Shown here piece after piece: positions 38,697 to 48,520 of a DNA stretch of 64,000 nt; the stretch's first letter is position 1; every line of letters begins with the position of its first letter. Both the position numbers and the translations under genes were made by a program. The notes beneath the pieces were generated by a model. It ran no database searches, was not told where the DNA came from, and saw nothing but the letters and a program-made list of their open reading frames with translations. The stretch spans positions 1,632,001 through 1,696,000 of the forward strand of contig OY760907.1 in the NCBI GenBank assembly GCA_963664195.1, written 5' to 3'. The stretch is from an uncultured candidate division Zixibacteria bacterium (lineage in GTDB: Bacteria > Zixibacteria > MSB-5A5 > GN15 > FEB-12).

Positions 38697-39203
38697 CTAA
38701 ATCCTATCGAGCGGGAACCTGGTGGCCAACTCCTTAGAATGGCTCTTGCGCTCCATCCGTCTCTGGAATCTCTCCGGGGCTGAATCGTGAAGCGCCTTCT
38801 CAAACTCTGATTCCGGGACAACTGGCGGTACTTCCTGTGTGTGGCCCTCCTCATCAATAGCGACAAAGGTCAGGAACGATGACGCGCAGACCCGGCGTGT
38901 GCCGGTTTTGAGATCTTCGCTGACAACGCTGACGTAGACCTCCATCGACGTTCTGTGCGACCAGGTTACAAACGATTCCATGCAGATCATCTGACCAACA
39001 TTGATAGGATACAGGAAATCGACCGAATCGGTCGAGGCTGTGACCACTTGCATGCGCGCATGCCGAAAGGCGGAAATCGACGCAATATCGTCGATATGGC
39101 TCATTACCTGACCGCCAAACATGGTACCAAGGGCATTGGAGTCAGGAGGAAGCACCAGCATTGCCTTGACCGTTCTCGATTCAGACATCTTCTTAGCTTC
39201 CAT
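38697..39203 (-). CDS. Acyl-CoA thioesterase (hotdog fold, YciA-like)
   Basis: PPDSNALGTMFGG, VVTASTDSVDF, RTSMEV, LTFVAIDEEG. Confidence 0.92.
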   Translation of the reverse strand: MEAKKMSESRTVKAMLVLPPDSNALGTMFGGQVMSHIDDIASISAFRHARMQVVTASTDSVDFLYPINVGQMICMESFVTWSHRTSMEVYVSVVSEDLKTGTRRVCASSFLTFVAIDEEGHTQEVPPVVPESEFEKALHDSAPERFQRRMERKSHSKELATRFPLDRI

Positions 39204-39297
39204 ACTACCGCGTCTCCTGTTTTCGGAACAGTCTATTTTGTCTCGAAACCATACGATTACCGTGCGAGTAATTCAAGCCCCGAATCGGTGTTCTATC

Positions 39298-41544
39298 CTA
39301 GTCCTCTGATCCGCCCTCTTTTTTTGTCTGAGTCTTTGCGTGTTGCTCTGAGTTGCTGTCCTCGGCAATACCTTTCTTGACATCGGAAGATACCGCCAGA
39401 CCGCGGAAACGTCGGACCCGGAGAGGGCAGTTGTGGCTCTCGACATTGATGTGGGCCTTCTCCCATATCCCGTCAATGGCGCGACTGATATTTCGGTAGA
39501 AATTGTTCTCGCCGATTTTCGCGGCCAGTCCGGTTCTGGTAAGCAAGTCCAAGACGTCGTCGTTACAGCCGCTGAGAGAAAACTCAATCCCCTGCCCGCG
39601 CAGGCGATCAATCAGCAGTGAGAGCGCGTCCACGCCGGAAGCATCGATTTCATTGATACCGTTTCCCACGATCAGGATGTGACGCAGCTTGGGGAGGCTG
39701 CGCACACAGCCAAGAACTTGATTTTCAAGGTAGTCGACATTTGAGAATATCACCGAGCCTGCGTATCTGATGACCGCGAAATACGGGCATTGTTCGAGAT
39801 CGAACAACTCGCGGTTTCTGTACGTGTTGTCCACATGCAGGGACAGCATGGCCATCGCCGGTTTCATGTTACGGATCAAGTACAGTAAAAGAGAGAGTAT
39901 GACGCCTATCAATATCCCCCAGTGAAGATGGGGAGCGAAAACCAGCGTACATACGAACGTGACAATACCGATGACACCGTCGTACCAATGTGCCCGCCAG
40001 GCATGCACGAATGATTTCACGTTGAGCAATCCGGCGACCGCCATCATGATGATTGCCGCCAGCACCGCCTGGGGCAAATGATATAACAGCGGTGTGAGAA
40101 AGAGCAGTACCACAACCACGACCGCACTGCTCACGACATTGGACAGCCCGGTTACGGCACCGGCCTGAATGTTCACCGCCGATCGTGAGAACGAGCCTGA
40201 TACGGCGTAGCTCTGAAAGAAAGACCCGACTATGTTGGACAGTCCCTGACCGACCAGCTCTTGATTAGCGTCAAGTTTCTGTCCGGTTCGAGCTGCCATC
40301 GCTTTGGCAATTGATATTGCTTCCATGAATCCGAGCAACGAGATGATTATCGCCATCGGAAGCAGTGACAGGGCGGTGGAGAGATCAAACCTGGCCGGAC
40401 TGAACCGGGGCAGCCCCTCCGGAATAGTACCTACCACGGCGCCGCCGCTGGACAATGCCAGAGACAACGTGTCCAGGCTCCGGCTCGACACCTTGATATG
40501 CCAGCTCGGTCCGTCAACCTGTGTTTCCGCCGGCAAGTCCTCTTTGAGGTAGTAGTGCGTCTGCCCGGTCGCGCTTTCGACGCCTGTGAGTTGGAGTCTT
40601 CGCAGCCAGAGGCGATGGTTGTGAGTTTGATCCTTGAGCAGGGCCATATCCGCATTGAGGTAGGCGACCTTCTGGTCGATGTCCAGCAATTCGTATTCGT
40701 CCGGGTCTTCCAGGCGCGCCAGGCTGTCTCGCTCTGCCAGCAGTGCGACGCGCTGTGCCGACGTGGACTCCATGGAAGCGATATCGGCGTCGAATTGCAG
40801 GATCACATTTCGTATTTCTCCGGATTCGATTTGATCGACAGACACGCGTGTCTGGTTTTCAAAGCCCATGGCCCATGAAATGGCCGTCGTGACGAGCACC
40901 GCTATCAGGACGTTTGGTAACCGGGGCGCGGTGCGTCTGAGAGCGATCATGATGAGAAACGCGAGAACAGCAAGGGCCAGCGTCGGCCAGTGCGTGCAGA
41001 TGAACGTTTCCTGCAGTACGCGCCAGATGGTCTCGTAATGATGTTCCGCCTGGTCTACGGTGACACCAAAGAGCTTGGACAACTGTGACGAAGCAATAAT
41101 CAGCGCGGCCGCGCTCGTGAAGCCGTTTACAACGGGGTGAGACAGGAAATTGACGATCAACCCGAGGCGCAGTAATCCCAGGGCGAGTTGAAAGACACCA
41201 ACCAGCAGTGCCAACAGGATGGCATACGCGATAAACGATTCGCCGCCGGCCGTCGCAAGAGGTTCCAGAGCGGTGGCAGTCATCAGGGAGACAATGGCCA
41301 CAGGTCCGGTGGCAAGTTGTCTGGATGAACCGAACAGCGCCGCGATTATGGGTGGCAGGAAGGCTGCGTACAGACCGTAGTACGAAGGCAGACCGGCCAA
41401 CTGTGCATACGCCATGGACTGCGGGATCAAAACCAGGGCCACGGTGACTCCACCTATCAGGTCGAGTCGGAAGCTTCCTATTGAGTAACCGTGGAACCAT
41501 TCCAAGAAAGGAATCAATTTGTGGATTGACTTAGATATCTTCAT
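39298..41544 (-). CDS. SulP/SLC26 anion transporter with STAS domain and a large soluble insertion
   Basis: LIPQSMAYAQLAG, GSSRQLATGP, DANQELVGQG, GSFSRSAVN, STAS INEIDASG. Confidence 0.93.
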   Translation of the reverse strand: MKISKSIHKLIPFLEWFHGYSIGSFRLDLIGGVTVALVLIPQSMAYAQLAGLPSYYGLYAAFLPPIIAALFGSSRQLATGPVAIVSLMTATALEPLATAGGESFIAYAILLALLVGVFQLALGLLRLGLIVNFLSHPVVNGFTSAAALIIASSQLSKLFGVTVDQAEHHYETIWRVLQETFICTHWPTLALAVLAFLIMIALRRTAPRLPNVLIAVLVTTAISWAMGFENQTRVSVDQIESGEIRNVILQFDADIASMESTSAQRVALLAERDSLARLEDPDEYELLDIDQKVAYLNADMALLKDQTHNHRLWLRRLQLTGVESATGQTHYYLKEDLPAETQVDGPSWHIKVSSRSLDTLSLALSSGGAVVGTIPEGLPRFSPARFDLSTALSLLPMAIIISLLGFMEAISIAKAMAARTGQKLDANQELVGQGLSNIVGSFFQSYAVSGSFSRSAVNIQAGAVTGLSNVVSSAVVVVVLLFLTPLLYHLPQAVLAAIIMMAVAGLLNVKSFVHAWRAHWYDGVIGIVTFVCTLVFAPHLHWGILIGVILSLLLYLIRNMKPAMAMLSLHVDNTYRNRELFDLEQCPYFAVIRYAGSVIFSNVDYLENQVLGCVRSLPKLRHILIVGNGINEIDASGVDALSLLIDRLRGQGIEFSLSGCNDDVLDLLTRTGLAAKIGENNFYRNISRAIDGIWEKAHINVESHNCPLRVRRFRGLAVSSDVKKGIAEDSNSEQHAKTQTKKEGGSED

Positions 41545-41588
41545 TGTCTCCAGCTGCGAATGAAGTGAGTGTGCGATTCAGTTATTGA

Positions 41589-42020
41589 CTACCAGGCTCT
41601 CCGTTTCATGATCTCGTCGATCATGTCGTTCATTCTTGACTCCGACAGGTCTGCGCCGCGCGATTTGGCCTGGCTGACCTTGTCCACCAGCGCATCGAGT
41701 TTTACCGGTTTCTCAAGGAACTCAAACGCGCCTTCCTTCACGGCCGCAATGCCCTTGGTGATTGTCGCCTGACCGGTCAGGATAATCACCTGAATATCCT
41801 TGTTGATGGACAGCATGATTTTCAGCGTTTCCATCCCGTCAAGGCCGGGCATGCCCAGGTCAAGAACAACCGCATCGTACGATTTCGATTTGATGCGGGC
41901 GATTGCGTCGTCACCGTTGAAGACGGCTTCAGCCTCCAATCCGCGAGTCTGCATCCTTTCAGCCAGAGCAGTTGCGAATTCCTGCTCATCATCCACGATC
42001 AATACACGGGCTTTCACCAT
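41589..42020 (-). CDS. Single-domain response regulator (REC plus short C-terminal helix)
   Basis: LIVDDE, VLDLGMPGLDG, ILTG, LEKP. Confidence 0.92.
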   Translation of the reverse strand: MVKARVLIVDDEQEFATALAERMQTRGLEAEAVFNGDDAIARIKSKSYDAVVLDLGMPGLDGMETLKIMLSINKDIQVIILTGQATITKGIAAVKEGAFEFLEKPVKLDALVDKVSQAKSRGADLSESRMNDMIDEIMKRRAW

Positions 42021-42092
42021 GGTTCTATCCCTTCCAATCTGAACGTCAGACTATCATCGGTCCATTCCGCGTCGCGCGGAAGTCGGCCGGAG

Positions 42093-42749
42093 TCACAAAT
42101 TACGCGGGAGTCTCAGCGTGATAGCAAAACGGTCCTCGTCTGAAGTTCCAGTCAATCGAGCGCCGAGTTTTTTGGCCAGCAGTGCGGTTTCGTGATCCGT
42201 CAGACCCGGATCGCTGGACACCTCTCGCGGCGACTCCACTGATATTACGGCCCCGTCCGCATCAGGGGCTAGCCGTATCTCTATGGTATCATCCTGTTCT
42301 GCGTTCTGAATAGCCAGCTGGATACACCTGAACACGACCTGCGCCGTGGCCAGCCAATCGGTAGTGATCGCCAGCGGTTCACCCAGCCCGTTTGCCGTCA
42401 GGTGCACCTTCTTCAGACCGGCAAAACGCTGCGAAAGGGCCGTGATGTTCTCGACGAGGGCCGCCAGATCGCCATCGGACACGGCGGCATCACTGAGATG
42501 TGCGAACTTGTTTAGTCGCCTCACCAATTCCGTACCGCGCTGCGTTTGGTTTTCAATCCTGCCAACGACTGACACCAGCCTATCCGTAAGTCCCGCCGCC
42601 TGCACCGGCTCGGTCAGCGCCAGGTCATCAATCAGTCCGATGACTTGTTCGATGGTGCCGAGCACATTGCTCAGTTCGTGCGTCACCGAGGCGGTTATTT
42701 GACCGGTGAATGCAGAGCTTTTTTGGAACAACTCCCTTTCGTCAGCCAT
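42093..42749 (-). CDS. Sensor-less histidine-kinase-like protein with degenerate ATPase domain
   Basis: H-box ASVTHELSNVL retained; N-box and DxGxG/GxGLG boxes not recognisable. Confidence 0.75.
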   Translation of the reverse strand: MADERELFQKSSAFTGQITASVTHELSNVLGTIEQVIGLIDDLALTEPVQAAGLTDRLVSVVGRIENQTQRGTELVRRLNKFAHLSDAAVSDGDLAALVENITALSQRFAGLKKVHLTANGLGEPLAITTDWLATAQVVFRCIQLAIQNAEQDDTIEIRLAPDADGAVISVESPREVSSDPGLTDHETALLAKKLGARLTGTSDEDRFAITLRLPRNL

Positions 42750-42750
42750 A

Positions 42751-43134
42751 TTACTTCCGCTCTTTTGACTTGGCTTCGATCGCTTCCGTCATTTTAGCCA
42801 CCAACTCGGAAATGTCCACCGGTTTGAGCAGAAGACCGAACGCCCCCAGCGGTTTAGGCTCTTCGCTCTGAGAACCAGACCCGTGACCGGTCACCATCAG
42901 GACTGGCAGATGGGGATAGGCGGCTTGTATCGTGTCCAGCAACTCTTCTCCGGACATGCCGGGCAGTTTCAGATCGACAACTACCACATCGTACGCGGTC
43001 TCTCTCAACATTTCGAGGGCGTGCCTGCCGTTGGTGGTGTAGTCTGCCAGAAAGCCGCGGTATTCCAGACGTTCCACGAGGGTCGAGACAAGTTCTTCCT
43101 CGTCATCCACAAGAAGCGCTCGATAGTCACTCAT
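42751..43134 (-). CDS. Single-domain response regulator (REC only)
   Basis: LLVDDE, VVDLKLPGMSG, VTGHG, LKP. Confidence 0.92.
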   Translation of the reverse strand: MSDYRALLVDDEEELVSTLVERLEYRGFLADYTTNGRHALEMLRETAYDVVVVDLKLPGMSGEELLDTIQAAYPHLPVLMVTGHGSGSQSEEPKPLGAFGLLLKPVDISELVAKMTEAIEAKSKERK

Positions 43135-43145
43135 AACAAATATCC

Positions 43146-44849
43146 CTAGCCCACCTTCTCCGTGGGCAGATTTACCGTGAACTTTGTGCCTTTCCCAACC
43201 TCGCTGGAGACATTGATCAAACCGCCAAGCTTGATTACAATATCATTTGTAATTGAGAGGCCGAGACCTGTACCGGCCTCACCCTTGGTGGAGAAAAACG
43301 GTTCAAAGATGTTCTTCAGATCGTGTTCGGCGATTCCTGATCCGTTGTCAGAAACCGACACTTCAACCTCGTCCATGCTCGGTTGATTGACCTGTATCTC
43401 TATCCGACCGCCGTCTTCGACGGCAGCGTAGGCATTACTGACGAGGTTGAGGAACACCTGCTGCAACTGCCCGCGGTCGCTCTCGATCATGGAGACGTTT
43501 TCGTCGACCTTAAGGTCGATCTGTATGCTGCGATGCGCCGCCTCTGTCCCCTGAAACTCCAGCACGTCCCTCATGAGTTTGCCGAGATCGATGCGTTCCT
43601 TGCTGGCTTCCATGCGGCGGCCAAACCCCAACAATCGTCGTGTGACTCTGCTGCAGCGCTCTACACTGGCGGTTATAGAGTCCAGAATCCCGGAAGTCTT
43701 CTCGCGGCCGGGAAAGTCCGGCGTGTGCGTGACAATGTCCTGAAGCAGCCCCGCCTTTTCGTTAATGATTGCGAGCGGGTTGTTGATTTCGTGGGCGACG
43801 CTAGCGGCCAGTCTGCCCAGTGTGGCCATCTTGTTGGTGTATTCAACGTTGTGGAACATTCTTGCTTGTTCGGCGTCTCGCTTTCGCAGGCGGTTGACGA
43901 CATTCCGTGCACGGAGTATGACTACCAGCAGGATGCCGGCTACGGAGAGCAGCAGGAACATGATAACGTCAGACCGGCGATGAAGCCAGAGGTCCAGCAC
44001 TGACTGAAGCTGTGTGGTGGCGACCAGGATAAAAGGGGTCCCCTGAACATAGGCGTATCCCACGGCCATTATCTCGCCTGAGGCGCCTTCCTGTTCGCTG
44101 ATGATTTCACGTTCCCGGATGTGTGGGGGAACGGTGAAGACAATCGTGTCCAGAACCTCGCCGTAGAAAGTCGAAACCGTCTGCAAGATACCTTCGCTGT
44201 TGACCACGAAAGCGTCGGTCTTGTCGTCAATATCCAGCGAGTATATTTGTCGCTGGAGCAAATCGGTATCGATTGTGGCTCGCAGGACATAGAAGTCGTT
44301 GTCTCCGATCTCGCGAGCCACGGCCACCACGAAATGCGGCAGATTTCTGTAGCCCATGAAGACGTCACTGACATAGGTGCCTCGCAATGAAACTTCGTGA
44401 AACCACGGTTGCTCACTGTAGTCGGCACCTTCCAACTCGTACGGGCCGGCATAGTAAACCTGCTTACCGTCGCTGTTGACCAACCCGAGATCGACAAAAT
44501 CACCGAAGGATTCTCGCAGATCTCGCAGCGTTGCCATCAACCGGGCATCACTGCTCATGTCCTGCTGTGATCTTCCACGGGCAATCAGGGAAAGAACGGC
44601 ACGACGTTCCTCGATAGCAAACTGGAGACTACGCTTCGTTCCCGATAACAACCGGGAGATCATGTAGCGGCTCTCTGCCCGGTACGCTGTTGCATCCTGG
44701 CGATAGTTGATGGTGGCCAGAATAGCGAGGGGGATGAGCGCGGCGAGAGTGGGTATAGTAATCAGGTAGCGATACAGATTCCGATACTTGGGTAGAGGTC
44801 CCTGCACTGGCGATGGGAGGGAGGAGTTGTTAGCTTCTATTTCTGACAT
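43146..44849 (-). CDS. Cache-domain membrane sensor histidine kinase
   Basis: Two TMs flanking DYSEQPWF...YVSDVFMGYR; AHEINNPL; LNLVSNA; DNGSGI; FEPFFSTK; GTGLGL. Confidence 0.93.
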   Translation of the reverse strand: MSEIEANNSSLPSPVQGPLPKYRNLYRYLITIPTLAALIPLAILATINYRQDATAYRAESRYMISRLLSGTKRSLQFAIEERRAVLSLIARGRSQQDMSSDARLMATLRDLRESFGDFVDLGLVNSDGKQVYYAGPYELEGADYSEQPWFHEVSLRGTYVSDVFMGYRNLPHFVVAVAREIGDNDFYVLRATIDTDLLQRQIYSLDIDDKTDAFVVNSEGILQTVSTFYGEVLDTIVFTVPPHIREREIISEQEGASGEIMAVGYAYVQGTPFILVATTQLQSVLDLWLHRRSDVIMFLLLSVAGILLVVILRARNVVNRLRKRDAEQARMFHNVEYTNKMATLGRLAASVAHEINNPLAIINEKAGLLQDIVTHTPDFPGREKTSGILDSITASVERCSRVTRRLLGFGRRMEASKERIDLGKLMRDVLEFQGTEAAHRSIQIDLKVDENVSMIESDRGQLQQVFLNLVSNAYAAVEDGGRIEIQVNQPSMDEVEVSVSDNGSGIAEHDLKNIFEPFFSTKGEAGTGLGLSITNDIVIKLGGLINVSSEVGKGTKFTVNLPTEKVG

Positions 44850-44948
44850 CGTCCGATTGCTTCCGCGGCACCCGAAGTAGTAATCAGCTGCAATTGCTGA
44901 CTACTGACTGTTCTCGGTTAACGTTTCCTTCACCTGAATCGGCCAATC

Positions 44949-46157
44949 TCAACGATTGCTCTGGCGTCTGGCGTAAGCCTCTTTCATGACGCCGGCCAGT
45001 TGGTTGACGTTGATAGGCTTCCGCAAATACGCGAATACGCCGAGTTCCTCGGCTACTGTTTGCTCACGATCAGACCCGTGTCCGGTCAAGACGATCACCT
45101 CTACTTCGGGGTTCGTCTGTTTTACCCGCCGGAGAGTCTCAATGCCGTCGATTCCCGGCATCATGATGTCCAGGACAATCACGTCGGGCGCATCTTCTTT
45201 GACCATCTCAAGCGCCTGTTCGCCGTCATAGGCTATCGACGACTCTAGGTTCCGCGTCTTGAGGCGCTCCGAGAGCGTTTGCACAAACTCTCGTTCGTCG
45301 TCTACCAGCAGGATCTTCGGGGGAGCGTCTATGCCTTCCCACGGATTCACCGAAGGAGTGTCCAGCCGCGATCCGAGTTTGGTCGTGACTTCTGATACTC
45401 CGGAAACGCTCCGGGCAATGCTTTTGACTTTTTCGTGAAGGCGGCCCATCATTAGGGCTTGCTCGTTGATCCCGACCGTGACGTGCCCATTGTCGGAGAA
45501 TACTTCCACGAGGTGCCCGGATTCGGCCAGAGCCAGTTTTACTCTGGCACTCAGCAGGAAGTCGTGCGCCGTCCGTCGCGACCAATCAGTTGTTTTGATA
45601 GCATCTGATTGGGCGTGGTTGACGATAAGCCGGACAGCCTCTTCGGGTGAGGTCCTGTCCATCGGGACAACGATATCGTAGAGACGTTCGTCGTAGGCCT
45701 GTTTCGCCACGAGATCCAGTATGCATTCGCCAATCTGTCTATCGTACGCCTGGATGTTTTCAAGCGCGTCCGGTTCAGACAAACCGTCGGATTTGCTGGC
45801 CTCGGCTACCCGGTACTTGACGTCGGCGATAACGCAGACTCTCAGAACATGTGCGATACTGTTCGGAATCATGAAGCCGGCGCACCCGCCAAGCATGACG
45901 TCATCTGTCTGGATGAGTTCCGCCAGGGTCACCTCGAGACGAGCCAGCATCTTGAACCGATCTTTGGAACGTTTGTCCCGGAACGGATCAACGCCGCACA
46001 GAAGAGATTCGAGTTTGTCTCGAGAGACTCCGTACTTTTCCGCTGCGTCTGTAAAGAGGAGGTCGTCCAACTGCCGGTGTCCGAGCTGTTTGGACAATGC
46101 CGATACTATCTCGTCGCCGTGGCAGTAAGAGCCGCTGAGAACAGTAATAATCGCCAT
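44949..46157 (-). CDS. Cytidylate-kinase-like + BON-like + receiver domain fusion
   Basis: IITVLSGSYCHG, VLRVCVIAD, YDIVVPMD; C-terminal REC LLVDDE...VLDIMMPGIDG...LTGHG...RKP. Confidence 0.85.
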   Translation of the reverse strand: MAIITVLSGSYCHGDEIVSALSKQLGHRQLDDLLFTDAAEKYGVSRDKLESLLCGVDPFRDKRSKDRFKMLARLEVTLAELIQTDDVMLGGCAGFMIPNSIAHVLRVCVIADVKYRVAEASKSDGLSEPDALENIQAYDRQIGECILDLVAKQAYDERLYDIVVPMDRTSPEEAVRLIVNHAQSDAIKTTDWSRRTAHDFLLSARVKLALAESGHLVEVFSDNGHVTVGINEQALMMGRLHEKVKSIARSVSGVSEVTTKLGSRLDTPSVNPWEGIDAPPKILLVDDEREFVQTLSERLKTRNLESSIAYDGEQALEMVKEDAPDVIVLDIMMPGIDGIETLRRVKQTNPEVEVIVLTGHGSDREQTVAEELGVFAYLRKPINVNQLAGVMKEAYARRQSNR

Positions 46158-46377
46158 AGTTTCCTATGCATGTTCCGGTGATTCGTTTACTGGAGCCTAA
46201 GATATGCTGAGTTCCTTACAAAGGCAAAGAAATCTTTTTGCAGATGAGTTCCGGTCGCGAATCCCGGGTGTATTTCGGGGGAAGGCGCCAAACACACGCC
46301 TCGAATCCGTGCATTCTGCCAGGCCTGATCTTTTGGGTTGTCGAGGCGATTGCATGAGCCTATACTGCGCCAGAAGT

Positions 46378-48426
46378 ATGAGCCAACAGATACTACAACA
46401 GACAGCTCTGTCGCTGCGCCGGATCCATGCTGAACTGCGTCGTACAGAGCACATTTACATGGTACTGGTCGCTCTGGTGATCGGCCTGCTCGGAGGGCTT
46501 GCTTCCGTTGGATTCCGTGAGCTGATCAGTCTGGGGCAACGGGCATCCTGGTGGCAGACCGAGAACCTGGTAGATCACATTCGGCAGTTGCCCTGGTGGT
46601 GGAAAGTCGGAGTGCCAACACTCGGCGGACTGTGTGTGGGGCTTATTACCTTCTATTTTGCTCGTGAAGCCAAAGGGCACGGTGTGCCGGAGGTTATGGA
46701 AGCGGTGACCCTGCGCGGCGGACGAATCCGCCCCCGGGTGGTCATAGCTAAGATGATAGCGTCAGGTGTCTGTATTGCTACCGGCGGTTCGGTTGGCCGG
46801 GAGGGTCCGATTGTCCAGATCGGCTCGTCGCTTGGATCAACAATTGGTCAATGGCTGAAGATAGATGAACGTCGCCTGCGAACTCTGGTTGGCTGTGGTG
46901 CCGCAGCCGGGATTGCAGCTACCTTCAATGCTCCGGTGGCAGGGGCGCTTTTTGCCGTTGAGATCATTCTGAGTGACTTCGGCGTGCCCCAGTTCTCTCC
47001 AATAGTGATTTCTTCCGTTGTTGCTACGGTTGTCAGCAGGTATTTCATCGGTGACTTCCCGGCATTCGACGTTCCGTCATACAGTCTTGTCAGTGCCCTC
47101 GAGCTTTTTGCCTATACCGGCCTCGGAGTGGTGGCGGGTTTTATATCCGTTGGTTTCGTCAAGACGCTCTACGGGATGGAAGACTTTTTTGACCGCATTT
47201 CTCTGTATCCGCCCCTCATTACAACTATTGGCGGTGTCATTATCGGATTGATCGCCATGGTGTTTCCGGAGGTTCTGGGAGTTGGTTATGAAACGATTAA
47301 TCAGGCGCTCAGCGGGCACCTGGTGTTGTGGATGCTCCTCGTGTTGATTGCTGTAAAAATCTTCGCGGTGGCAATTACTATCGGTTCGGGCGGCTCAGGT
47401 GGGGTTTTTGCTCCGTCTTTGTTCATCGGTGCAATGACGGGTGGTGCCGTTGGAGTTCTGGTCAATCATCTTTGGCCTGAATCTGTGGCCAGTCCCGGCG
47501 CATATGCGCTCGTGGGCATGGCAGCGGTGGTGGCGGCGGCGACCAGGGCCCCTATCACAGCAATACTGATCGTATTTGAGTTGACCAGCGACTACAAGAT
47601 CATTCTGCCGCTGATGATTACCTGCATTATCGCCACGCTTATCGCCTCCCGTCTGCAAACCGGCTCGATCTATACGCTCAAACTCCTGCGTCGGGGGTTG
47701 GACATTCACAAGGGGCAGTCGATTGATGTTCTGCAGGCCCAGAAGGTTCGTGATATTATGCGCACGGATATGACGACGGTTCCAATCGACGCGCCGTTGA
47801 TGTCTATCGTTTCGCGATTTATCGACGAGCCGGGCAATTCCGTCTTTGTGATCGATCGCAGCCAGCGCTTGTGTGGCCTTATTACACTGGATGAAATCCG
47901 TCCGGTGATTGCCAACACGCAGTCCCTGGAGAGCCTGCTGATTGCCAAAGACTTGATGATTGAAGACGGTTTTGCTGTCTTCAATCCCGACGATAGCCTG
48001 GCCGACGTGATGAAGCAGTTGTCCGGTCACGTATATGAAGCTCCTGTCGTATTCAATGGTGAGATTGTGGGAGCGATCTGGCCCGACGATCTGATATCCC
48101 GCTATAACGCCGAGTTGTTCAAACGCGATATGGCTTCAGGAATGGTCTCCTCAATGCACCGGGCACCCTCGCAGACTTCTCTTCCCGGAGTCAGCAACCT
48201 GAGGCTGGCCGAGGTGAAAGTCCCGATGCGTTACGTTGGGCAGTCGATAGCAGAACTAAACATCCGAAAACGATACGGCGTCACCGTCCTGATGATAAAG
48301 CGCAGAGTCGAAGGGCAGGACAGTCTTGTGGACACCGTTCCCACCGCAGATACGATTTTGGAGTCCGGGGATATTGCCCTCCTGATGGGCTCGGATCAGG
48401 AGCTTACGAGGTTTGAGCGCGGCTAG
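46378..48426 (+). CDS. ClC chloride channel/antiporter with CBS pair and C-terminal TrkA_C (RCK_C) domain
   Basis: GHGVPEV, GSVGREGP, AATFNAP, GGVFAP, SIY; CBS region; C-terminal VGQSIAELNIRKRYGVTVLMIKR...ILESGD. Start uncertain. Confidence 0.92.
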   Translation: MSQQILQQTALSLRRIHAELRRTEHIYMVLVALVIGLLGGLASVGFRELISLGQRASWWQTENLVDHIRQLPWWWKVGVPTLGGLCVGLITFYFAREAKGHGVPEVMEAVTLRGGRIRPRVVIAKMIASGVCIATGGSVGREGPIVQIGSSLGSTIGQWLKIDERRLRTLVGCGAAAGIAATFNAPVAGALFAVEIILSDFGVPQFSPIVISSVVATVVSRYFIGDFPAFDVPSYSLVSALELFAYTGLGVVAGFISVGFVKTLYGMEDFFDRISLYPPLITTIGGVIIGLIAMVFPEVLGVGYETINQALSGHLVLWMLLVLIAVKIFAVAITIGSGGSGGVFAPSLFIGAMTGGAVGVLVNHLWPESVASPGAYALVGMAAVVAAATRAPITAILIVFELTSDYKIILPLMITCIIATLIASRLQTGSIYTLKLLRRGLDIHKGQSIDVLQAQKVRDIMRTDMTTVPIDAPLMSIVSRFIDEPGNSVFVIDRSQRLCGLITLDEIRPVIANTQSLESLLIAKDLMIEDGFAVFNPDDSLADVMKQLSGHVYEAPVVFNGEIVGAIWPDDLISRYNAELFKRDMASGMVSSMHRAPSQTSLPGVSNLRLAEVKVPMRYVGQSIAELNIRKRYGVTVLMIKRRVEGQDSLVDTVPTADTILESGDIALLMGSDQELTRFERG

Positions 48427-48520
48427 AATATCCCCGTTACCTACGGTATGTTGGGAGCTACGCAACGAATTCTCCTGTGTAGTCCCCTGACTCTTCTACA
48501 GTTGAACTCACCGTGCAGGC

